In this document: positions 9,814-17,849 of the stretch, in pieces
Layout of the letters: each line of letters begins with the position of its first letter
Numbering within the stretch: the stretch's first letter is position 1
Assembly: GCF_000143415.4 (NCBI RefSeq)
Contig: NW_003314470.1
Location: forward strand, 61,893 to 79,741
DNA from: Selaginella moellendorffii
Taxonomy: Eukaryota; Plantae; Lycopodiophyta
Direction: 5' to 3'
DNA length: 17,849 nucleotides
Translations under genes and position numbers: made by a program
Notes under the pieces: model-generated
Databases searched by the model: none
Told to the model about the DNA's origin: nothing
The model's input: only the letters and a program-made list of their open reading frames with translations

Positions 9814-11753
9814 CACACGCTTGAACGTCACATCAAATCCTCTGACAAACCAGATCTTATGATTCCTCTGACAAATTTCAAACTGAGTAGCTTCTAGACT
9901 TTGCTGTCGGATGTTGAACTTTGTCACATCATGTCCTTGCCTCGATCCAGCTGTGCCATGTCAGTGATTCGAACTTTGCCATGCCATGTCAGCGATCCGC
10001 GCCAAGATTATTCGCCGTGTAAAGGAATAATTATGCTGTGTGTGTACGTCCATTTATGGCAATATAAGGCCACACGCCATTCAAAGAATAATGCTAGTCG
10101 AGCATTTTTTGGTGCATTTTTGGGTTCAAAATTGCATGAGCCCACACGCTATAAAGTTTACCTGTACCAAAAATAGAAACAGCTTTATTTACTTGGGAAT
10201 TTAAGTGGTTGAGGCATTTTTAAATTTACAAACACATGCCCTACTTACATTCCTTTGGTTGCTTAAAATTCAAAAATATTATAAACCTTTCTTTTTGCAT
10301 TTTCAATGTTTTCAATTATGGTTTTTGATTTTCGCAGGACCAGCCTAGTAATCTATTTGCATTCTGTCATGTTTATAACTAGCTTTCGTTTGTCCCCTTC
10401 GCTAGCCTGAGATACATCTGCTCGGCATCTGCCTCTTACAGCATTTGCCCAGAAAGGGCATCTTTCTTCACGCAGCATTTGCCACATGTTTAGGGTTTAG
10501 GGTTTAGGGTTTAGGGTTTAGCAATTTAGTAGCTTGATAAACATGCAAATATAGAACTTGATGCAAAATCCTTTGATATGTCACAATGCCCCTAGGACCA
10601 TAAACACATTTCAATAGAGAGGGTCCTTTCATTTCATAACTCCTTACGTAGATCTTGGTGAAACCAGAGTTAGTGAAGTTAGTTTCTTGTGATCCCGCAT
10701 CTGATTGTGATGTTCCTTTGCAGTGTCGATGGAAAGGTCAATGCACACCAAACTGTAAAATCTTGGAGCAAAATAACGGTTGGATCTATGGCAAATGCCC
10801 CTGAAACATTGTAAGGCTCGTGTGGTCTCATGTGGTGTCCGATCGAGATGCTTCTTTGCAGGGTCATCAAGAAAGACATTGTATACCATTCTGTAAAATC
10901 TAGTTGCGATCTAACGGTTGGATCTCTAGAAAAATAAAAAAAAATCTCGCGCATGTCAGAATATTCTAGGAATATACTCCTATGTGCCCCTTAAAATGGC
11001 ATGCGGCCCCACGCCATTCAAAAGATAACGCCAGATGATGCCGAGCATTTTTTGGTGCATTTTTTGGGATCAAAATTGCATGAGCCCACACGCTTGAATG
11101 TCACATCAAATCCTCTGACAAACCAGATCTTATAATTCCTCTGACAAATTTCAAACTGAGTAGCTTCTAGACTTTGCTGTCGGATGTTGAACTTTGTCAC
11201 ATCATGTCCTTGCCTCGATCCAGCTGTGCCATGTCAGTGATTCAAACTTTGCCATGCCATGTCAGCGATCTGCGCCAAGATTATTCGCCGTGTAACTGCT
11301 CGGCATCTGCCTCTTACAGCATTTGCCCAGAAAGGGCATCTTTCTTCATGCAGCATTTGCCACATATTTAGGGAGGGTTTAGGGTTTAGCAATTCAGTAG
11401 CTTGATAAACATGCAAATACAGAACTTGATGCAAAATCCTTTGATATGTCACAATGCCCCTAGGACCATAAACACATTTCAATAGAGAGGGTCCTTTCAT
11501 TTCATAACGTAGATCTTGGTGAAACCAGAGTTAGTGAAGTTAGTTTCTTGTGATCCCGCATCTGATTGTGATGTCCCTTTGCAGTGTCGATGGAAAGGTC
11601 AATGCACACCAAACTGTAAAATCTTGGAGCAAAATAACAGTCGGATCTATGGCAAATGCCCCTGAAACATTGTAAGGCTCGTGTGGTCTCATGTGGTGTC
11701 CAATCGAGATGCTTCTTTGCAGGGTCATCAAGAAGGACATTGTATACCATTCT
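9814..11753. repeat. Rearranged segmental duplication (blocks A, B, C)
   Basis: A: 9814-10022 matches 11087-11295. B: 10418-10892 matches 11296-11753. C: ~10073-10150 matches ~11010-11094. Near-identical by eye. Confidence 0.92.
10489..10521 (+). repeat. Interstitial plant telomeric repeat (TTTAGGG)4+
   Basis: tttagggtttagggtttagggtttagggtttag; shorter version at 11367-11389 in the duplicate block. Confidence 0.9.
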
Positions 11754-11809
11754 TTATTTAGCTGAACATCTGGCATTTTTGGAAATACAAGATGCTTTAG
11801 AATATCCAA
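11234..11809 (-). pseudogene. Possible third cargo gene fragment (unknown), duplicated at 10418-10892
   Basis: Coding-like stretches MDILKHLVFPK..EWYTMSFL..DPTVILLQDF and DLRYEMKGPSLLKCVYGPRGIVTYQRILHQ, separated by an intron-like CTAAC...CAAG segment. No recognisable domain. Confidence 0.3.
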
Positions 11810-11859
11810 TCATGCATGGTATAAATATAGCGAGGGTATTAAATGATATCCCAATCATG

Positions 11860-12225
11860 ATCTTTCTTTTGGATTTCGCGTGCATGCAGTCCGAGGAATG
11901 ATGACGTTGCGGATTTCTTTTGGATTTCACGTCATGCATGCGTGCGGCGATCCAGAAATTAATGGTGGCGCCCAAGTCCGAGGAATGATGACGTTGCGGG
12001 ATTACCAACCGTCGTGACATTTCGCGTGTGTGAGGTTAGGTTTTGCATTTTGCTTCGTACTTGCGCTCGCACACTCGCGCTCGCATCGCGCTCCCACTCG
12101 CGATCACGCTCACATTTGCGCTCATCTACCTTCTTTACAGGTTTCTCGTGTGCATCAGCGTCCACTCGCGCTTGCATCACAGTCGCGCTCGCATCGCGCT
12201 CGTGTGCATCGGCGTCCACTTCAAG
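11860..12225. repeat. Short duplications and CG-rich repeats in the divergent intergenic region
   Basis: gtccgaggaatgatgacgttgcgg x2 (11889, 11976); cgcgctcgcatcgcgctc x2; cgtgtgcatc.gcgtccact x2. Confidence 0.7.
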
Positions 12226-13334
12226 ACACACCCAGTTTGTAACTTCGCCGCCAACTCTGCCACCCACTCCGCCACCCACACGCAGCCCACTTGGCGTCCC
12301 GGGAGATTTCAGCGCCACTCTCCAACTGTAAGTGGCAGAGTAGCCTTGCTGCTACGATCCGCTGCACACACAGTGCACATTCGCCAGCGAGTCCGGCCTC
12401 GATTGTCACGCCTCCATTCGGCTTCAAATGGTAAGTCTTTTAGGCCAAGTAGAAAATGGCATGAGGCCACATGCCATTCAGTAGCAACATTGGCATGCAC
12501 CGATTGGGCTCTCGAGTGCAGTCCAGTTACAGATGGCATATAGCCTCATGCCATCTTAGGATGCAGCCTCAAGACATCTGATGCAGTGGTGAATGGCATG
12601 TGGCCTCACGTTATTTCCAGCTGCTAGCTTTTCATCTGTCAGCTCTAATTGTTGTGCATTTCTAAACAGGCGAGGAATTGCGTTCTTCTTCCAGCCACTG
12701 TCAATGTGGATGTAGAGAAGGGGGAGGAGCTCACCAGTTGAACTTTCGGGATGGAAGGCGAGGATCTGAGGCTGTACAACACAGATGGTGGGAGAAAAGA
12801 ATGCATGGGGATCCTCATCCAAGTGACAGACACTCCATGTAGTTCCATGCAAGAATATGGACTGGCACTTGTGGTAGAGACAGCGTCCGCCTTCAAGATC
12901 CACCTTGCACATCCTAGCGGCTTCCCGGAGGGGGGCAGCGGCTATGAGGAATTCCTAGAGGGAACTAGGGAGAGGTTGTCCAGGAGGCCCACAATTTCAA
13001 AGACGCTGCAGGTCTATGAAGATCACATGGAATCCACCTCACCTACGGCGATGTTCAAAAACTATATTCCAACATTGAGCCGTTGAGAGTGACTCCAGTT
13101 TGCGAAGCGAAGGGGAAGGGGGTCGATCTGGAAACTACCCCGAAGCAGAAAAGGGTGGTCAAGCTCAAGCCGACGTCCGACTCTCCTGCTCCAAAAAAGA
13201 AGCTACTGGGTGATGCCATTGCCTCAGGTTCGAACACTACACCCACCAAAAAGAAGAGCTGCAAAGAGCAGAAAGAGCAAGAAGAGGCAGCAAAAATCGT
13301 CGCAGATAATAGTACTTGTTACTATTCCAACAAA

Positions 13335-13720
13335 GTATATACAATCGATGTGAGCCACATTGACATCCAAAGCAAATACAACCACAGGCTAGTATCTGAT
13401 GAGTGGGTGGAGAAACTGAAGCAGAAGATGCTGGCAAGTCCAGTAACACCCGACATCGCAGACGTGATCCCCTACTACCGAACAATGAAGGGCGAGACGA
13501 GGTTTCCAGACTTGATCAATAGGAAGGTGTTGGACGATCAGAACATCCGGTTCTATGCCGTCTCTGGGCAGCATTCTAGCTTGGTGATGCAAGAGATAGT
13601 TGTGGATATTATGGTGGGCGAGGAGGTGAAGAAAGTCTTCAAGACAAGAGTTGTCCGCCTGATAAAAGGCAACTCGCCCCTCCGATCTATCATATACATC
13701 TCCCACGCACAGAATGTCAA
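13335..13720 (+). other. ParB/Sulfiredoxin-like (GxH[R/S]) domain
   Basis: IDVSHI..YNHRLVSDEWVEKLKQKM..IADVIP..FYAVSGQHS..RVVRLI..IYISHAQN follows the ParB-N/DGQHR motif order (SGQH at 13563-13574). Confidence 0.6.
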
Positions 13721-14499
13721 GCAAGAAACGTGGTACAAATCAGGTCTGCACGAGACATTGGGACGAACACGGAAGCTCTGGGTTCAACTGAAGAAGCCAC
13801 AAAAACCAGGACAAGGACGTGCACTAGCAACTAGCGCCTGGTAGGTAAGCCTCGTTGCATGTGGCATAGCATGTGGCCTCACGCCATTTCCATTGTAGGA
13901 ATTCTCGAGTCTTCTCTCGAAAACACTGGGGGTCAATGACACACTCAGCATCTATAACATTCTACTTGCGACAAAAGTTGTTTTTGACAAATGGGTAGAT
14001 GTGCTGAGGAGGTACCATGACGGGGAGTTGCTAAACTCAATGGGTGTGGAGGACGGCCGGAAGCCCAATGATTTGAAGCTCAACGCCTTGCATTTCTCGC
14101 GGTCTCTAGACGACATCGACCTTCTGACAGTGGCTAATGCTCTTCTACGTGGTGAGGTAGTCTTCAACAAGACCAAAATGACTCCCGGCCATATTGTGAC
14201 ATACGAGGACTTGTGCACGACTCTGAGAGCTCGTGCGCTATTGAAGGATTGGATCTTCGAGCAAGTGGGCGTGGAGAGGGTGAGCATCGACACCACGCAA
14301 GAGATGATGGAAGAGCTGGAGTTGTCAAATGAAGACATCGACGAGTACGTGAAGGGGGCCCCCAAGTTCATCGATCTGCTGCGGGATGCCACGAAAAGTA
14401 AAGCTGAGAAGTTGGATCAGTATCCAAATTTCATTAAGAGGGATGTCGACCGCCGGCTTCAGAAACAGCTCGACCCCGCAGCAGAGGCCTATCGAGAAC

Positions 14500-15200
14500 C
14501 TTATCGGGTATACGTGAATTCGGATGAGGATCAAAGGTGGAGGAGCATCGTTTCCCACGGAGATGAGCAGGTCAAGAACATCTTTTGTGTGATGGACTTC
14601 ACAAACGAGGAGATCACTCATGCAAATGAAGTCAACTCCATTATTGACTTAATGGTGGGACTTGTGGAGGTGGAATCTTCAGTCCACTATATGATCTATG
14701 ACTCCGAATTCTATCACAAGTTCTGGAAGGCCTTGAACGAGGTGAAGGCTCGGTTGAAAGGCAAGGAGATGCGGGAGATCCATGGGATAATGGCTAAGAA
14801 GAAGATACTGACGAATGTCCGCATCTTCACACTCGCCCTTGTTATTGGTCCTGCAGCAGAGTGGGACTGGAGTGACTTCCCAGCTTCGTTTGACAAGGCC
14901 GATCGAATTGATCTAAGGGAGGTCAATTTACCTGTGCCTGAGGAACTGAAGACGGCTATGGAGCTTTCGAATCCAGAGAAAGCTCCAGGTGCAGCATGGG
15001 AAATGCTCAGCTGGGTCTTCAACGCAATAGCAGGTGGGTCACCTGCTTCCGACTCCAAGGGCAAATGCGTTGTCGAGTACAACTGCGGCGGACTATTCTT
15101 TCGAGCCGCACTACTCAAGGGTGTCCCGTGTGTTGCGGTGACAAACTCCATTGAAGAGGTGACTTCAATGGAGCATATAATTACAGTTGCCAAAGAAAAA
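14500..15200 (+). other. Degenerate beta-class N6A/N4C DNA methyltransferase-like fold
   Basis: NPEK...CVVEYNCGGLFFRAALLKGVPCVAV resembles P.qKP...VlDpF.GsGtt..Aa...gr..ig (motif I at the C-terminus); CVMDFT occupies the DPPY position. Confidence 0.4.
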
Positions 15201-17190
15201 CAGTATCTTCTCTGCGAACCTGGTGAGTACGCACTTTAAGTTTAAATGTTATCTCACAAGCTCTGTATGCAGGAGCGTGGCCACCCCCAGATGCTGAAAC
15301 GGCGTTAACAGCTACTGTTGAAGATACCCATGTTGGGCCGAGCTCACAACCTGCACAAGGTAAGGTCACGTGAGGCCTCACGCCATTTTGATTATAGATC
15401 GTTGTGAATATTCAGACACGAGGACTGAAAAGCGCACTGGTGGCGCGTCGAAGAAGGACAAACAGACAAGCAATAGGAAAAAAGGAGGTACAAATTATAT
15501 TTGCAATGGCGTGTGGTCTCATGCCATTCCTTGCAGGAGACACTTCTTCAAAGGCAAAACAGGCAAGCACCAGTCAAGCTCAAACTGACAGTGGTCATAA
15601 AAAGCGAAAGCACGTTGGACAGTCGTCGGGATCAGAGGCGTTTGATTCGAAAAGGAAGAAGGGCAACGAAAAGATGATAGGTAATGCCTCGCGGTTATGG
15701 CGTGTGTGCTCATGCCATTCATTGCAGATCAAGGGCTGAGTGAAAGGAGCCAGTCACCACCTCCTGACTCAGATTCCTATGGCGGACTCCCCTTCCCCAA
15801 TCTCAATGGAGAGGTACAATGGATGAGGGATGCTTTTCAAGTCAGGGCCACGTTTTTCTCATCTCGTCGTCTTCGAAGGGTGCAAGAACGTGCAGAAACC
15901 ATGTTAAGACAGTCGGGTGAGGATACGGTCCTAGGTCAAGCACTGAAATAGGCTATGGATGTCTTGTATTTTGAGATGGAGACTCGGCCAGATGATTTTC
16001 CCAAGATGGTCCTGGAAAAACAAGCCATCCAGCCTAAGCAGCCTATGGAAGAAATGCAGGAGGGGGATGAGGAGCCAGAGAAAGATAATGAGCAGGAAGA
16101 GCAGAAGGACGAAGAGGAGGACAAAGAAGAGGAGGACGAAGAAGAGGAGGATGAAGAGGACTTGGATGGTCCTCACAATGGTGACGATCACAATAACGAC
16201 GATGACGATGATGACGACGATGGCCAGCCTGAGGTGGCCAAAGAGCAGCAGAGGAAGGTCATACAAGACAAACCATCAGGTAAATAATAGTACATCCATT
16301 CCTAACCTTTTACCATTTCTAACATTGTCCATGTAGGTCGCAGAGCAAATGGTAAGTAGAGATTATTCAGTTGAATTAAGATACAAACTCTAGTCTTTAG
16401 TGTCGAGGAAGGATAGTGCCAAGCAAGGGTCGAAACGTATGTCCAATCCTTCAGAATCAGCAGTGCGCCCAAGTGATATTGGTCCTAGTTCCTCAATAGC
16501 AGTTGATGGTAAATACAGTATAGTCGATTCAATGTGCTAATGAGTTTGTTTTTAGTAGCCAGTAGGGAGGATACCATCTCAATCGAAGGGAGATATTTGG
16601 ACATGCATATGGATCCGCCAGTGGACTCTACTTGCCTGCAAGAGTCATCAGAGCTGGTGGAGGCTACTATCCATATCAACGCCAAGCAAGCTGACCACGC
16701 TCCACTTGATGCTGCCCATACCACTGAGTCAATCTTGTCCACGTATCCAACTGACGGTGACCAGGCGCCATTGGACCCGCATGAGGCCGCCCCAGCCGCC
16801 GAGCCGGTCATATCCTCATTTCCAACAGACTCAACGTGTGCCCAATCGTCTGACTACGCGCCGTTGGAACCTCCCTACACCGCCCCTGCTGCCTGTTCGG
16901 TCATGTCCACTTTGCCAACGGAGGCACCAGCTGAAATGGCGTGTGATCACACGCCATCGGAACCACCCCATGCCACTGTTGAGCCAGTTGTACCAGAGTC
17001 TACAGCTGAAATGGCATGTGCCCACACGCCATCGGATGCGATTGACCCCACATTGCAGAGGAGAGTATTTCCGCCCTTCACGTTTCCTCGACCAAAACCC
17101 TCTGAACGACCATTGGGAGCACCATTCGCTAATATTGTAGATGGTAAAATTGACTTGTACCATTTTTTATGCTGACGCATTTCATTTCAG

Positions 17191-17849
17191 AGTCACGGCG
17201 AAGGTACTGTATCGTTTTTGATCTGAACGGTGTCCTTTTCTCCCATGAGCGTGGCTCGTCCTCGAATGTCATTGCACCCTCCAAAGCCTGCAGTCGCAAG
17301 TTGGTCAAAAGAGACAGATTCACATTAATCACACGGGAGAAACTGTGGGATCTAATAATGACCATGCGACACTTAAAACAGAGGGCCGGGTTCAATTTGC
17401 AATTGGGAGTTTGGACATCCATGATGCGCCACAATGCATTAACGTTGCTACAGATGATGCACGATTAGACGCGAGTAATATTACCATTTGACTTTCTCCT
17501 AACGCAGGAGGATTGCTTGACTATGGTCCATGTGAGGGGTAGCAAGCCCATCTTCGTCAAGCCAGAGGCTGTAGTGATGAACTAGATTGCTAGGTCAAGT
17601 GAAATCCTCATCATCGATGACTCGCCGATTAAAACTGCAGCGAACACGCACACATATGCAGTGCACCCCATCTCTTGCAGTATGGAAACTAGGGAGAAGA
17701 AACCGTATGTTCTAGGGGACCTTGCAAAACGGCTTGGAGCGATGGTGATAGAGAACCGGCCAGTCCAGGAGGTGGCTGCAGAAATCAACCAAATGGCAGA
17801 TGGAACGGTATATCAGAAGCCATTTGATTGGACAGACACCAGTCATCAT
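17191..17849 (+). other. FCP1/NIF (HAD superfamily) phosphatase-like domain, two in-frame stops
   Basis: IVFDLNGVL, LGVWTS, FLLTQEDC, KPIFVK, ILIIDDSPIK..N motifs read through TAG 17466 and TAG 17583. Confidence 0.85.

Larger units (their letters stand above)
5970..17032. repeat. Dispersed 22-bp palindrome family ATGGCRTGWG-NN-CWCAYGCCAT (~23 copies)
   Basis: Copies start at 5970, 6286, 6375, 6782, 6848, 8190, 8247, 9386, 9456, 9553, 10056 (3-bp longer), 10131, 10996, 11075, 12456, 12533, 12593, 13866, 15365, 15506, 15697, 16936, 17011. Examples: 9456 TTGGCATGAGGCCTCATGCCAT; 16936 ATGGCGTGTGATCACACGCCAT (perfect palindrome). Copies at 5970, 6782 and 6848 are degenerate. Confidence 0.93.
5747..17849. 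mobile_element. Large DNA transposon-like element (Sola1/DUF7869-like transposase plus cargo genes), right end beyond window
   Basis: Gypsy RT is abruptly interrupted at ~5746. Transposase at 6869-9303. A shared 22-bp palindrome marks 5970-17032 and was not seen to the left. TIR/TSD cannot be verified because only one end is present. Confidence 0.6.
12670..17849 (+). pseudogene. Multi-exon cargo gene: ParB/Srx-like domain + degenerate DNA MTase-like domain + acidic/Pro-rich linkers + FCP1/NIF HAD phosphatase
   Basis: GT-AG introns 13845-13898, 15223-15272, 15360-15415, 15488-15536, 15681-15727, 16280-16336, 16352-16400, 16509-16555, 17144-17190 join all exons in one frame. Lesions: stops at 12739, 13842, 15949, 17466, 17583 and a frameshift near 13025. 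5' exons (ATG 12428 followed by GTAAGT?) uncertain; runs off the window. Confidence 0.8.

Noticed and set aside
10489-10521. True chromosome end
   Set aside because: Only ~4.7 units, internal, with the same flanks in the duplicate copy.
11959-12543. ORFs in the CG-rich region
   Set aside because: Low-complexity CG repeats open on both strands; more likely promoter/5' UTR sequence.
5970-17032. Palindromes as a CRISPR array
   Set aside because: Spacing is highly irregular (57 bp to >1 kb), no cas genes, eukaryotic intron-containing context.
12739-17585. Stop-codon readthrough, alternative code or U-to-C editing
   Set aside because: A frameshift near 13025 is also present, and U-to-C editing is organellar; ordinary pseudogenisation is simpler.

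Overview
Eukaryotic (plant-like) repeat-rich DNA with two assembly gaps (1083-1182, 2228-2327). TTTAGGG repeats and 47-57 bp GT-AG introns suggest a small-intron non-seed plant such as Selaginella (inference). 1-4880 holds an unassignable coding-like fragment and an LTR-like repeat with (TCGGAC)n tracts. 4916-5746 is a deleted chromovirus Ty3/gypsy pol fragment carrying a 52-bp intron-like insert. From ~5750 to the window end lies what looks like one large (>12 kb) DNA transposon-like element. It contains a minus-strand DDD transposase (Sola1/DUF7869-like) and a divergent multi-exon, now pseudogenised gene. That gene splices in frame into one protein with a ParB/Srx-like domain, a degenerate beta-class DNA-methyltransferase-like domain, acidic and Pro-rich linkers, and an FCP1/NIF HAD phosphatase domain. 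The element carries about 23 copies (counted by eye) of a 22-bp palindrome, ATGGCRTGWG-NN-CWCAYGCCAT, in introns, intergenic DNA and coding sequence; I saw none in 1-5900. A ParB-like protein plus dispersed palindromes resembles a ParB/parS-type system on a eukaryotic transposon. Domain calls come from motif recognition only; no searches were run.
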